A DNA stretch of 63,992 nt, counting the filler, from Acetivibrio sp. (GTDB lineage Bacteria > Bacillota > Clostridia > Acetivibrionales > Acetivibrionaceae): assembly GCF_035371925.1 (NCBI RefSeq). It is 4 parts of 4 records of this genome, joined end to end, with 100 filler letters (N's around TTAATTAATTAA, not from the genome) between each part and the next. Parts side by side here need not be neighbours in the genome. Positions count along the whole stretch, not along the records: positions 33,046 to 49,384 come from NZ_DAORXT010000066.1; 3 more parts are not named here. One strand, 5' to 3'. Positions within the stretch are counted from its first letter, which is position 1. Each line of letters begins with the position of its first letter. A program made the translations under genes and the position numbers. Of the stretch, positions 38,511-49,159 are shown one piece after another. The notes under the pieces are model-generated. The model was not told where the DNA came from. It saw only the letters and a program-made list of their open reading frames with translations, and ran no database searches.

Positions 38511-40190
38511 ATGCAAAAGCAGATCAGGAAGAAGCTTGGCGACCTTTTACTGGAAGAAGGACTTGTTTCAAAAGAAGAATTGGATAGAGCTTTAAAACTT
38601 CAGAAAGCTACCGGAAAAAAGCTTGGTGTTTTGCTGGTTTCTGAGGGAATTGTTTCCGAAGAAGATATAATGCGGGGTTTGGAGAATAAAATGGGTATTT
38701 CCCGTGTGGTTCTTGAGGAATACAACATTGACCCCGCTGTTTGCAATCTGGTCCCCGAAAGACTTGCAAGAAGGTACGAGTTGATTCCCATAGCCCAAAA
38801 AGATGGTGTCCTTACGGTTGCGATGAGTGACCCTTTAAATGTGTTTGCCATTGATGATATTGAATCTTATACGGGTATGAAGGTTGTGCCTGTAGTTGAT
38901 TTTTCCTCGTCAATAAAAAATGCCATAGAAAAGTATTACAAAATACAGCATATCTTAGTGGAGCCTGTAAAAGAAAAGGGTATTTTGTTTAAAATCGACG
39001 ATGAAGCGATAGAAACAGACAGTCTTGAGGAAGACAGCGAATCAGCCTTAAGGCTTGTGGATTCTATAATAGAGCAGGCGATAAGAAGCCAATCGAGCGA
39101 TATACATATCGAGCCTTCGCAAAATACATTAAAAATAAGGTTTAGAACCGACGGACAGATGCATGAAGTTATGACAGACGAAATGGATATGTTAAGCGGA
39201 ATTTTGACAAGAATAAAGGCCATATGCGGTATGAATCCAAACGAAAAGGCAACACCGCAAGAAGGAAGAGTTTTAGTAAGTCTAGGCCAAAAGGATTACA
39301 ATCTTAAGGTATCGATTCTTCCCACTGTTTTTGGAGAAAAAATAGCAATCCGTATTGTAGATAAAAAGACTTCTGTCATTCCTAGGGAAAAACTGGGGAT
39401 GACTCGGGAAGACCTTGTGAAATTCGATAAAATGATAAAGAGTCCTCAGGGCTTGATTTTGGTAACAGGTCCTGCCGGAAGCGGAAAAACTACAACTTTG
39501 TATGCTGCCATAAATGAGATTAATAATCCGAATGTACATATAATTACCATTGAAGACCCTGTTGAGTACGTTATTGAAGGGGTAAGCCATGTTCAGGTTA
39601 ACAGTAAGACGGGCTTGACTTATGAAAAGGGTTTAAGTTCAATTTTAGAGCAAAGACCCGATGTAATTATGATTGGAGACATAAAAGATGCAAAAACGGC
39701 TGAAATGGCTGTAAAAGCTGCAATTAGCGGTCATCTGGTACTTGGAGCTTTTAATGCCTGTAATGCTTTGGAGGCGGTATTAACGCTTGTGGAAATGGGA
39801 ATAGAGCCGTTTTATATTGCATCTTCTCTGGTAGGAGTAATTTCCCAAAGACTTGTGCGAAAAATTTGTCAATGCTGCATAAAGAAGCATTCTGCAACAG
39901 ATGAAGAGCTTTCCCTTCTTGAGATGAAAGCCCCTTTGGAGCTCTGTTCGGGAAGCGGATGCATGGAGTGTTCAGGCACCGGATACAAAGGGAGATTGGG
40001 AGTTTTTGAGATAATGAATGTGGATAAAAATATAAGAAAAATCATAATGGGACTTGACGCAAAAGAAAATCTAAAAAAGTCTGAAGTTTTGAATTTGAGG
40101 GGAATGAAGACTTTAAAGGATAATGCAAAGCAGCTTGTTCTTGAGGGAAAAACTACTGCTTGCGAAATGTCGAGAATACTGTTTTCTTAA
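38511..40190 (+). CDS. GspE/PilB-family ATPase with N-terminal MshEN-like domain (degenerate catalytic motifs)
   Basis: KLGxLLxxxGLV tandem motif; SDIHIEP; Walker A GPAGSGKTT; Asp box TIEDPVE; tetra-Cys zinc motif; altered Walker B and His box. Confidence 0.88.
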   Translation: MQKQIRKKLGDLLLEEGLVSKEELDRALKLQKATGKKLGVLLVSEGIVSEEDIMRGLENKMGISRVVLEEYNIDPAVCNLVPERLARRYELIPIAQKDGVLTVAMSDPLNVFAIDDIESYTGMKVVPVVDFSSSIKNAIEKYYKIQHILVEPVKEKGILFKIDDEAIETDSLEEDSESALRLVDSIIEQAIRSQSSDIHIEPSQNTLKIRFRTDGQMHEVMTDEMDMLSGILTRIKAICGMNPNEKATPQEGRVLVSLGQKDYNLKVSILPTVFGEKIAIRIVDKKTSVIPREKLGMTREDLVKFDKMIKSPQGLILVTGPAGSGKTTTLYAAINEINNPNVHIITIEDPVEYVIEGVSHVQVNSKTGLTYEKGLSSILEQRPDVIMIGDIKDAKTAEMAVKAAISGHLVLGAFNACNALEAVLTLVEMGIEPFYIASSLVGVISQRLVRKICQCCIKKHSATDEELSLLEMKAPLELCSGSGCMECSGTGYKGRLGVFEIMNVDKNIRKIIMGLDAKENLKKSEVLNLRGMKTLKDNAKQLVLEGKTTACEMSRILFS

Positions 40191-40282
40191 GATGGATTAT
40201 AAAGATAATTTGAAATTGACTTGTCTTTCTATATAATATATATTGAAACTATACAAATAAAAACACAGAAGAGGAATATGAA

Positions 40283-41128
40283 ATGGAAACTTTATTAGAT
40301 TTGAGGATTTTTTTTGGAACGGGATTTACGGTTTTTTGCTACGTTTTTGTAGCTCTTTTCGGGCTGTTTATCGGTTCTTTTCTAAATGTTTGCATTTACA
40401 GGATACCAAATAATGAATCCATTGTTAAGCCGCGGTCCCATTGTATGAAATGCGGACACACGCTTGGTGTGTTGGACCTTGTACCTGTTTTTAGTTATGT
40501 ATTTTTAAGAGGCAGATGCAGGTACTGCGGCGAAAAGATTTCACCGAGATATGCTTTGGTTGAAATGCTGACATCTGTTGTTTATGTTATTTTGCTTTGG
40601 AAGTTTGGGCTGACTGTGGACTTTTTGGCATCAGCTTATCTTATGTCCATACTCATAGCAGTGTTCTTTACCGATGTGGACCATATGATTATTCCCAACG
40701 GGCTTGTGATAGCAGCTTTAATCGGAGGAGTGCCGCTTTTTGTCTATAATATCTTAAGACCGGTTGACATTTATGGAGACCGCAATTGGTGGAATCCTCT
40801 GCTGGGTGCGCTTATAGGATTCGGATTTTTATTGTTGATAGGAGTTTTGGGTTATTTGGTTTACAAAACCGATGAAGCAATGGGCGGCGGTGATATCAAG
40901 CTGTTTGCTCCGATAGGCCTGTTTCTTGGATGGAAAATGACCATAATGACACTCTTTATATCTTTTGTTACAGCCGGAGTTATTAGCATTATATTGCTTT
41001 TACTCAAAAAGAAGGACAGAAAGAGCACTTTTGTTTTTGGACCCTTTATTGTAATCGGTACCTTTTGTACCTATCTTTTCGGATGGGAGCTTTTGAACTG
41101 GTATATAGGTTCTTTGCCTCTATATTAG
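40283..41128 (+). CDS. pilD: Prepilin peptidase (A24, PilD/ComC-like)
   Basis: GSFLNVCIYRIP, two CxxC pairs, TDVDHMIIP and MGGGDIKL catalytic aspartates, FGPFI. Confidence 0.93.
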   Translation: METLLDLRIFFGTGFTVFCYVFVALFGLFIGSFLNVCIYRIPNNESIVKPRSHCMKCGHTLGVLDLVPVFSYVFLRGRCRYCGEKISPRYALVEMLTSVVYVILLWKFGLTVDFLASAYLMSILIAVFFTDVDHMIIPNGLVIAALIGGVPLFVYNILRPVDIYGDRNWWNPLLGALIGFGFLLLIGVLGYLVYKTDEAMGGGDIKLFAPIGLFLGWKMTIMTLFISFVTAGVISIILLLLKKKDRKSTFVFGPFIVIGTFCTYLFGWELLNWYIGSLPLY

Positions 41129-41315
41129 TATAGATTCTACAGGCTCAAAACCGCAGGGTTTAATTGGTTTTTGAATTAATTAAAGTAATGAGCTATGTTT
41201 CCGATATCTATTATGAGATAAAGCTTAAAAAGGTGCATTTGTAATGTTTTGAGAAAATTGCTGCGTAAAAAGCATTGCATATTCTCCAAATCACCAAAAA
41301 AGGGAGGAAATCAAA

Positions 41316-41582
41316 ATGAGTCAAATAAAAAACTATATGGAAGAGGTAGTTCTTTCGTTGATGAAGGAAGTTCTTGAGGACATTAATGTGTGTACATGCG
41401 AAAAATGTAAAATGGATATAGCAGCCATAGCACTCAATGATTTGCCTCCGAAATACATTGTGACCGATAAAGGGGAACTGTATTCGAAAGTCAATTCTTT
41501 AAAGCAGCAGTTCGAAGTGGATGTGATTTCTGCCTTGACCAAGGCTGCGGTAATGGTTAAGAGAAATCCAAGGCATGATTGA
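41316..41582 (+). CDS. comFB: ComFB family protein
   Basis: KNYMEEVV...CTCEKCKMDIAAIALNDLPPKY...NPRH. Confidence 0.88.
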   Translation: MSQIKNYMEEVVLSLMKEVLEDINVCTCEKCKMDIAAIALNDLPPKYIVTDKGELYSKVNSLKQQFEVDVISALTKAAVMVKRNPRHD

Positions 41583-41712
41583 GACAGCCAAATTTTAATA
41601 ATACAATAAAATCTGTGAAAAAATGATTGGTGTTTTAAAACGGTTAATCATTAGTTATAATAATATTATGCTTTAATCTTTAAGATTGGAGCATAATATT
41701 TTTTATGGGTGA

Positions 41713-42600
41713 TTGTTCTTGGTTAGATTTGGACCTTCAGGCAATTCTGAAAGCTTCTACAAAGAGGGCCACAAATCCTCTGTTGAAATGCCTAAGTGGC
41801 TTTCTGAGATGGGCCTTGATGCTTACGAGTATCAGTGCAACAGAGGTGTTAATATTAGCAGGGAGATGGCGGAGAAAATAGGGCAGGAGGCGCAAAAAAA
41901 CGATATATTCTTAAGTATTCACGCGCCTTATTATATAAATATGGCAAGCCTTGAGGAGGAAAAAAGGACAAAATCCAAAGGATATATAATTGAGTGCATG
42001 AGGCTTGCAAAATGGATGGGAGCAAAGAGAATAGTCGTGCACACAGGTTCGTACAGCAAGGTTGATAAAAAATGGGCTCTTGAGACATCCGCCAGGTTAT
42101 TCGGTGAAGTGCTAAAAGAGGCAGACAGCCTCGGTATCGGAGATGTAATGCTTTGCCCGGAGGTTTTGGGGAAAAACAACCAAATCGGATCTTTAGAGGA
42201 AATAATTGAAATGTGCAAAAACAATGAAAGACTTTCTCCGACAATTGATTTTGCCCATATTCATGCAAGAGGGCAGGGAAGTCTTAATTCTGTTTACGAC
42301 TTTGAAAGAGTAATAAATTTGCTGGAAAACTCTCTGGGGGTCGAGAGAGTACGGGAGCTTCATTGCCACTTCAGCAGGGTTGAATTTACAAAAGGCGGAG
42401 AGAGGAGACACTTAAGTATTGACGATACGCAGTTTGGTCCTGAGTTTTCCTATTTGGCCGAGGTGATTTTTAAAAAGAAAATGAATCCGGTAATTATTTG
42501 TGAATCAAGGGCCAATATGGCTGAAGATGCTTTAAAACTTAAGAAAATATACAATAAAATTGCAGAGGGGATGCAAAATGAAGAAAGTACTTGTAATTAA
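41713..42600 (+). CDS. Endonuclease IV-like TIM-barrel protein (AP endonuclease family 2)
   Basis: [37 protein letters not shown] and ERRH Zn-ligand-like motifs. Confidence 0.8.
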   Translation: MFLVRFGPSGNSESFYKEGHKSSVEMPKWLSEMGLDAYEYQCNRGVNISREMAEKIGQEAQKNDIFLSIHAPYYINMASLEEEKRTKSKGYIIECMRLAKWMGAKRIVVHTGSYSKVDKKWALETSARLFGEVLKEADSLGIGDVMLCPEVLGKNNQIGSLEEIIEMCKNNERLSPTIDFAHIHARGQGSLNSVYDFERVINLLENSLGVERVRELHCHFSRVEFTKGGERRHLSIDDTQFGPEFSYLAEVIFKKKMNPVIICESRANMAEDALKLKKIYNKIAEGMQNEESTCN

Positions 42601-43006
42601 CGGTCCCAACTTAAATCTTTTGGGGACCAGGGAAAAGCATATTTACGGTGAGGAAACTTTAGAGGACATTGCCAGAAAAATGAATGCCGAAGCAATAAAA
42701 CTGAATGTTGATTTGAGCTTCATTCAAACCAATCATGAGGGCGAGATAATTGACAAAATACATGAGGCAAGGGGGAAAATTGATGTTATTATAATCAATC
42801 CCGGAGCTTATACCCATTACAGCATTGCAATAAGAGATGCCATAAAAGCAGTTGAAATTCCTACAATTGAGCTTCATCTTTCAAATATCCATGCAAGGGA
42901 AGAATTTAGAAGCAAGTCGGTAATTGCTCCTGTATGCGTGGGCCAGATTTGCGGATTTGGAAGTAATGGATACATACTTGCACTTAATGCTGCCCTGATG
43001 ATGTAG
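42578..43006 (+). CDS. aroQ: Type II 3-dehydroquinate dehydratase
   Basis: [31 protein letters not shown] and [14 protein letters not shown] motifs. Confidence 0.97.
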   Translation: MKKVLVINGPNLNLLGTREKHIYGEETLEDIARKMNAEAIKLNVDLSFIQTNHEGEIIDKIHEARGKIDVIIINPGAYTHYSIAIRDAIKAVEIPTIELHLSNIHAREEFRSKSVIAPVCVGQICGFGSNGYILALNAALMM

Positions 43007-43052
43007 TTATGCTCTTATAAAAGTTTGAAAACTTAACGGGAAAGGTGATTTA

Positions 43053-44132
43053 ATGGAAAATCAGACAGGAAAGAGACTTGATAATTTAAGATTGAAGTTA
43101 AAAGAAAAGGGAATTGATGCCGCAATAATTGCAAAAAGTGCAAATTATTTTTATCTTTCGGGATTTACAGGTAGTTTTGCCTACCTGATAATTACACAAA
43201 AGGATGCTGTGCTGGTGACGGATTTTAGATACAAAGAACAGGCAAGGATTCAGGCTCCCCTTTTCGAAGTGATGGAGTACAGTGACAGCATTTATTCTTT
43301 CCTAAATGATATTTTAAAGTCAAAAGGTATTGAAATACTTGGATTTGAGGAAGATTATACATCATATAAAAAGTTTAAAGAATTTGAGGAAAAGTTTTCG
43401 GTAAAAGAGTTAAAGCCCCTTGGAGGCATGGTTGAAGTCTTGAGAATGAAAAAAGACCAAACGGAGATTGACATTATCAAAAGAGCTGTGAAAATTGCAG
43501 ATGATGCTCTAAGCCATGTTCTAGGGTTTATAAAGCCCGGAGTGAAAGAGATAGAGATTGCTGCGGAACTGGAGTATTTTATGAAAAAGCAGGGGGCAAA
43601 GGGTACATCTTTTGATACGATAGTTGCTTCAGGAGAGCGTTCGGCACTTCCCCATGGAGTGGCCACGGAAAAGGTGATTGAGTTGGGAGATGCCGTAACG
43701 ATGGATTTTGGAGCAATATTTGAAGGTTATTGCTCGGATATGACAAGAACGGTTTTTGTGGGAAGGCCGAAAGAAGAGCTTGTAAAGATTTACAACATTG
43801 TTCTTACAGCTCAAAAAACTGCCCTGGAAGGTGCTGTAAAAGGCTTGGAAGGCAAAAAAATTGATGCCATAGCAAGAGATATTATTTATAAGGAAGGTTT
43901 TGGATTTAATTTCGGTCATGGACTAGGACACGGTGTGGGCATTGAAATCCATGAAGATCCGAGACTTTCACCTTCGGGGGATATAATAATGGATGACGGC
44001 ATGGTTGTCACTGTAGAACCCGGTATTTATGTCAAAGGTCTTGGCGGTGTGAGAATTGAAGACATGATAGTAATAAATGGAAACAGCCCTGAGGTTTTGA
44101 CGGCATCGAAAAAGGAAATGATAGTATTGTGA
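43053..44132 (+). CDS. Xaa-Pro aminopeptidase (M24B)
   Basis: Creatinase N-terminal domain; DFG...YCSDMTRT, HGLGHGVG..IHEDP, TVEPG and GVRIED motifs. Confidence 0.93.
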   Translation: MENQTGKRLDNLRLKLKEKGIDAAIIAKSANYFYLSGFTGSFAYLIITQKDAVLVTDFRYKEQARIQAPLFEVMEYSDSIYSFLNDILKSKGIEILGFEEDYTSYKKFKEFEEKFSVKELKPLGGMVEVLRMKKDQTEIDIIKRAVKIADDALSHVLGFIKPGVKEIEIAAELEYFMKKQGAKGTSFDTIVASGERSALPHGVATEKVIELGDAVTMDFGAIFEGYCSDMTRTVFVGRPKEELVKIYNIVLTAQKTALEGAVKGLEGKKIDAIARDIIYKEGFGFNFGHGLGHGVGIEIHEDPRLSPSGDIIMDDGMVVTVEPGIYVKGLGGVRIEDMIVINGNSPEVLTASKKEMIVL

Positions 44133-44347
44133 GGACAAATGGCTTATATTTTTACTGTAAAAGAAAATTTTATCTTGAAATAGTTGCGATTTTAATTTAA
44201 TATTAACTATAGGTTTATTATAACAGATTAATTGTGATAATAGTAAAGACATGCATAAGTTGGAGTAGAGCTCAATTGTACTGGTACAAGTATTTAGAGG
44301 GCCTGTGACTTATGTATTCTAAGTAATATTTTTTGGAGGGATTTTAG

Positions 44348-44905
44348 ATGATTTCAGCTGGTGATTTTAGAAATGGAGCGACTTTTGAGCTCGATGGTCA
44401 GATATTTCAGGTTGTTGAGTTCCAGCACGTTAAACCGGGTAAAGGAGCTGCTTTTGTTAGGACAAAGTTAAAGAATATAGTAACAGGTGCTACTGTTGAA
44501 AGGACTTTTAACCCGACTGACAAGATGCCAAAGGCCCATATTGAAAGAAAGGACATGCAGTATTTATATAATGACGGTGACCTGTATTATTTCATGGATG
44601 TTGAGACATTTGAGCAGCTGCCGCTGGGTAAGGATAAAATCGGCGATTCTCTTAAGTTTGTAAAAGAGAATGTTGTTGTAAAAATTCTTTCCCATAAAGG
44701 TAATGTTTTCGGAATAGAGCCTCCTAACTTTGTTGAGCTTGAAGTAACCGAGACAGAGCCGGGCTTTAAAGGTGATACCGCCACCGGTGCAACCAAGCCT
44801 GCCGTTGTTGAGACTGGAGCTTCTATAAAGGTTCCGTTGTTTGTCAACATAGGAGATGTTATAAGAATTGACACCAGAACCGGAGAGTATATGGAAAGAG
44901 TATAA
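44348..44905 (+). CDS. efp: Elongation factor P
   Basis: [14 protein letters not shown] and PGFKGDTA motifs. Confidence 0.98.
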   Translation: MISAGDFRNGATFELDGQIFQVVEFQHVKPGKGAAFVRTKLKNIVTGATVERTFNPTDKMPKAHIERKDMQYLYNDGDLYYFMDVETFEQLPLGKDKIGDSLKFVKENVVVKILSHKGNVFGIEPPNFVELEVTETEPGFKGDTATGATKPAVVETGASIKVPLFVNIGDVIRIDTRTGEYMERV

Positions 44906-45040
44906 CGGTTATAATATACTTGGGTTGGAAGTAAAGGCAATACATAAGGTCGCTTCCAACTTAATTTGTATTAAAGGCAGACCTGGGTATACTTAAAAGA
45001 GTATAGAGGTTAATTTAAATAAAGATACGGGAGGTATTTT

Positions 45041-45451
45041 ATGAGTTTTATAAAGGAAAGAGTCTCATATTTAAAGGGACTTGCAGAGGGTATGAAAATT
45101 GACGACTCGGCTAATGAAGGAAAGCTTTTAAAAGCAATGATTGAAGTACTTGATGATATTGCGCTGGCTGTGGAAGATATCGAAGAGGTTCAGGAGCAGT
45201 TGGAAGAACAGGTTGACAGTATTGATGAGGACTTGGAAGAGTTTGCCAGAATCTTGTTTGATGATCAAGATGACGATGACTTTATTGCGCAGATAGAGTG
45301 TCCTCATTGCAACAAAGTGTTTGACCTCACCGAAGATATGTTGGACTGTGACAGCGATTCCTTTGAGTGTCCTTATTGCAATGAAGAAATAGCCTTTGAA
45401 TGGGATTGCGACTGTGAAGACTGCAGTAGCGAGGAAGAAAACAAAGAATAA
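45041..45451 (+). CDS. CD1247-like acidic zinc-ribbon protein
   Basis: IKERVSYLKGLAEG N-terminus, CPHC and CPYC pairs; conserved position between efp and spoIIIAA. Confidence 0.75.
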   Translation: MSFIKERVSYLKGLAEGMKIDDSANEGKLLKAMIEVLDDIALAVEDIEEVQEQLEEQVDSIDEDLEEFARILFDDQDDDDFIAQIECPHCNKVFDLTEDMLDCDSDSFECPYCNEEIAFEWDCDCEDCSSEEENKE

Positions 45452-45471
45452 ATTTTAGTATACTTGATATA

Positions 45472-45516
45472 AAGAATGGACATGGAAAGTATATTTCCAT
45501 GTCTATTCTTTTTTTT
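45472..45516 (+). terminator. Terminator before the spoIIIA operon
   Basis: AAGAATGGACATGGAAA / TTTCCATGTCTATTCTT stem plus a T-run. Confidence 0.75.
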
Positions 45517-45603
45517 GTCATAAAATTGGACAAATCCTAATATTAATAAATATCAAATAATACAAGCTTTAGCCGGAGGATATGTGAAACAGGGGGGGCT
45601 TTT

Positions 45604-46614
45604 ATGGCTGCAAAAGAAGATTTCGTTTTTAATGTTGAAAAAGTACAGAGCTTTGAAAAGGATATTTTAAGAATGATTTGTCCGCCGATAAGAGATGTTT
45701 TAAAAAGAATCCCGCTTACGGAATTGATGACCACTGAAGAGATAAGACTTAGGGCAAACAAGCCTTTGATGATTCAGAACGACGCGGGAAGCTTCTTTGT
45801 AAATTCGGATGGAAGGCTTACTACCAACAGGATAAATCTATTTTATGTCAGCCAGGAACAGATAGCAAAAACGCTGGAGCTTATAAGCGAAAACTCCATT
45901 TATGCTTTTCAGGATGAAATAAGGAACGGTTTTTTAACCATAAGGGGAGGCCATAGAGTAGGTATTGTGGGACGAGTTGTTTTAAATGGAGATACCGTAA
46001 AAAACATCAAGGATGTTTCCGGGCTTAATATAAGAATATCCAGGGAAGTCGCCGGATGCTCCTCAAAAGTTTTGAAATATATCGTTACAAATGAAAAACA
46101 TGTGTACAACACTTTGATTGTATCTCCCCCCCAATGCGGAAAGACCACCTTGCTTAGGGACATAACGCGGGCTATCAGTGACGGTATTGACGAAATGGGG
46201 TTTAAAGGACTTAAGGTGGGAGTTATAGACGAACGTTCGGAGATTGCGGCATGCTACAAAGGGGTGCCACAAAACAGGGTTGGGACGAGAACCGATGTGC
46301 TTGATGCATGTCCCAAACAGATTGGCATGGTAATGATGCTAAGGGCCATGTCTCCGGATGTGATTGTAACGGATGAAATTGGAAACCAGGGCGACAAGGA
46401 TGCTCTGATTCAAGTATTTAATGCAGGGGTGAAAGTAATATCCACGGCGCACGGATACAATATTTCGGAATTAAAGAGCCGGAAAGAAGTCTTAAGCCTG
46501 ATAGAAGAAAAGATGTTTGAAAGATATATAGTTTTGAGTGCCAGAAAGGGTCCCGGCACCGTAGAAGAGATAATTGACGGGACTGATATGAGTATTTTGT
46601 ACAAAGGAGAATGA
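45604..46614 (+). CDS. spoIIIAA: Stage III sporulation protein AA
   Basis: EEIRLRANKP, GGHRVG, SPPQCGKTTLLRD, IDERSEIA and RAMSPDVIVTDEIG motifs. Confidence 0.96.
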   Translation: MAAKEDFVFNVEKVQSFEKDILRMICPPIRDVLKRIPLTELMTTEEIRLRANKPLMIQNDAGSFFVNSDGRLTTNRINLFYVSQEQIAKTLELISENSIYAFQDEIRNGFLTIRGGHRVGIVGRVVLNGDTVKNIKDVSGLNIRISREVAGCSSKVLKYIVTNEKHVYNTLIVSPPQCGKTTLLRDITRAISDGIDEMGFKGLKVGVIDERSEIAACYKGVPQNRVGTRTDVLDACPKQIGMVMMLRAMSPDVIVTDEIGNQGDKDALIQVFNAGVKVISTAHGYNISELKSRKEVLSLIEEKMFERYIVLSARKGPGTVEEIIDGTDMSILYKGE

Positions 46615-47138
46615 ATATGCTGTTAAAAATAGTCGGAAGCCTTATTGTTTTGATATCAAGCAGTCTCTTAGGATACATGTACTCGAGGCGATGCTCAAAA
46701 AGGCCATCAGAGCTAAGAGCCCTGCAAGGGTATCTTCAAATATTTGAAAATGAGATAAGCTTTATGTCCAATGTTTTAAAAGATGCTTTTTCAAAAATAT
46801 ACATGTATGACGACAGTGGTGTAGCAGCTTTTTTCAAAGGTACGGTGGATGCCCTTGAAAGCGATGCAGGAATAAGTGCCGGTGAAGCTTGGGCCAAGGC
46901 TGTGAAGGAAAATATAAAAAATACGGCTTTAAACAGTGAGGATGAGGAAATAATTATTTCCTTCGGAAAAATGCTGGGAAGCTCAGATGTTGACGGACAG
47001 ATAAAAAACATACGGCTTACAATTAATCAGCTAAAACTTCAGGAGCAAAAGGCAGAAGAGCTGAGAGCAAAGAATGAAGCCATGTACAGAAATTTGGGAA
47101 TACTTGGTGGTCTGGCAATAATCATAATATTGTTCTAA
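46611..47138 (+). CDS. spoIIIAB: Stage III sporulation protein AB
   Basis: N-terminal TM, LENEISF-like motif, LGSSDVDGQ and MYRNLGILGG; operon position. Confidence 0.93.
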   Translation: MNMLLKIVGSLIVLISSSLLGYMYSRRCSKRPSELRALQGYLQIFENEISFMSNVLKDAFSKIYMYDDSGVAAFFKGTVDALESDAGISAGEAWAKAVKENIKNTALNSEDEEIIISFGKMLGSSDVDGQIKNIRLTINQLKLQEQKAEELRAKNEAMYRNLGILGGLAIIIILF

Positions 47139-47242
47139 TTTTTAAGAAGCCATGAATATACTTGTACTATAAGAGGCAGACTTGGTTCCGGTTTGGAAAA
47201 GGGTCGCCAATCAAAAGTAAAACACGGAGGAGAAAAACAGAT

Positions 47243-47437
47243 ATGAATATAGATTTGATTTTTAGAATAGCGGCAATAGGAATTCTGGTATCTGTTTTGA
47301 ATGCATTGTTAAACAAGTCAGGAAGGGAAGAACAGGCCATGATGACCACATTAGCAGGATTGGTTGTGGTATTGATGATGATAGTCAAGGAAATAGCCAA
47401 CCTGTTTGATACAGTAAAAACACTGTTTCAGTTTTAA
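47243..47437 (+). CDS. spoIIIAC: Stage III sporulation protein AC
   Basis: MNIDLIFRIAAIGI...GREEQAMMTTLAG...LFQF; ATG 47243 after RBS GGAGG. Confidence 0.95.
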   Translation: MNIDLIFRIAAIGILVSVLNALLNKSGREEQAMMTTLAGLVVVLMMIVKEIANLFDTVKTLFQF

Positions 47438-47452
47438 GATTGCAAGAGGCGG

Positions 47453-47848
47453 ATGATAAAAATGGAAATATTTCAGATTATAGGTTTGGCATTGGTTGCT
47501 ACAGTAATCGCTTTGCTTCTTAAAGCCCACAGGCCCGAGATGGCATTGCAAGTAAGTCTTGTTACGGGAATAATCATATTTCTCGTTATACTGGGAAAGA
47601 TTACGGCAGTTGTGGACCTGTTAAACAGTTATGCTGAGAAAGTGAACATTGACATGGTTTATATAAATACCCTTTTAAAGATTGTGGGTATTGCCTATAT
47701 TGCCGAATTTGGTGCCGAGGTGTGCAGGGATGCTGGAGAGGGGGCAATTGCATCAAAAGTTGAGCTTGCAGGAAAAGTAATTATTGTTGTAATGGCAGTA
47801 CCTATAATAACTTCCCTGTTGGACCTTATAATCAGTGTTATGCCATAA
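47453..47848 (+). CDS. spoIIIAD: Stage III sporulation protein AD
   Basis: LKIVGIAYIAEFG..VCRDAGE.AIASKVELAGK. Confidence 0.96.
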   Translation: MIKMEIFQIIGLALVATVIALLLKAHRPEMALQVSLVTGIIIFLVILGKITAVVDLLNSYAEKVNIDMVYINTLLKIVGIAYIAEFGAEVCRDAGEGAIASKVELAGKVIIVVMAVPIITSLLDLIISVMP

Positions 47849-47906
47849 ATCAAGAAAGGGACGAAATTTTAATTATTTAAAATTTATTTGAATGGGGAAA
47901 AGGTGT

Positions 47907-49136
47907 ATGAAAAACAAAAGATATTCTGTCAAATGTTTTTTAGCATTCATTCTTGCCGGTGTATTGTTAGTCTTATGCTTTGCTTTTTTGCCGATATATG
48001 CGTACGAGCAGGATGGGGCATATACCGACGACCAAAGCGTTGAGGAAAGAATTATGGAAGAACAGATTGAGACGGATGAGGTGGATTTTCTTAAGAAAGA
48101 GCTTGAAAAATACAAGAATGAAAAAATTGGAGAAATTTTGCCGGGCTATGACCCAGAGAGAATAATCCGGGATGTGGCAAAAGGACAGTTACAATTTGAC
48201 GTGCCGGGTATAGCAAACAGAATTTTAAACTATCTTTTTGAAGAGATCTATTTGAATATCAACATACTGATAAAACTTACAGTATTGGTGGCGCTGTGTG
48301 CAGTCCTCAATAATCTTCAGACATCTTTTCTAAACAAAGGAGTTGGAGAACTGGCTTTTTACGTGTGCTATATAGTGCTGGTGTCCATACTTTTGGTAAG
48401 CTTCAGCTCCGTGGTAAAGGCCGGAACAGATATAATAGACCGGATGGTATACTTTATGTACTCATCGATACCGGTTTTAGTGACACTAATCATATCATCC
48501 GGAAACGTTTCATCGGGAGGAGTTTTGCAGCCTATACTCATAATGGTAGTACAAGTCAGCGCCACAATAATAAAGAATATACTTATACCCCTTATCGTAC
48601 TGTCCACAATTATATCCATAGTGGACAATATATCCGATAAGATTCAGATATCAAGACTTGCCGGTTTTTTAAAAAATATAACCCAATGGACATTGGGGTT
48701 TATTCTTACGATCTTTGTGGCGATAGTATCGCTTCAGGGCGCTTTAGGAGCAGTTGTTGACGGTGTGACAAGCAAAACTGCCAAATTTGCCATAAGTACA
48801 TTTGTTCCCGTGGCGGGAAAATACTTGGCCGATGCTGCCGATGCAGTAATTGGCTGTGCCCTTTTGATTAAAAATGCGGTGGGAGTAGCTATTATGATAG
48901 GAATTATAGTTATATGCGTTCTACCGCTATTGGAAATGCTTGCAGTCATCCTTTTGTACAGAATAAGCTGCGTACTTTTGGAACCTTTGGCAGAAGGGCG
49001 AATTATTAAATGCATAAGTGCTGTTGCCAGTTCCATGTCCTATATTCTAGGAATTGCAGCATCGGTAGCATTTATGTTTCTAATCACAGTTACAGCACTG
49101 ATATTGGCCAGCAACATCAGTACAATGATAAGATAA
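47907..49136 (+). CDS. spoIIIAE: Stage III sporulation protein AE
   Basis: Polytopic membrane protein; KTAKFAISTFVPVAGKYLADA..VIGC..LIKNAVG. Confidence 0.95.
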   Translation: MKNKRYSVKCFLAFILAGVLLVLCFAFLPIYAYEQDGAYTDDQSVEERIMEEQIETDEVDFLKKELEKYKNEKIGEILPGYDPERIIRDVAKGQLQFDVPGIANRILNYLFEEIYLNINILIKLTVLVALCAVLNNLQTSFLNKGVGELAFYVCYIVLVSILLVSFSSVVKAGTDIIDRMVYFMYSSIPVLVTLIISSGNVSSGGVLQPILIMVVQVSATIIKNILIPLIVLSTIISIVDNISDKIQISRLAGFLKNITQWTLGFILTIFVAIVSLQGALGAVVDGVTSKTAKFAISTFVPVAGKYLADAADAVIGCALLIKNAVGVAIMIGIIVICVLPLLEMLAVILLYRISCVLLEPLAEGRIIKCISAVASSMSYILGIAASVAFMFLITVTALILASNISTMIR

Positions 49137-49159
49137 ATTTTAACAAACGGAGGAAAAGA

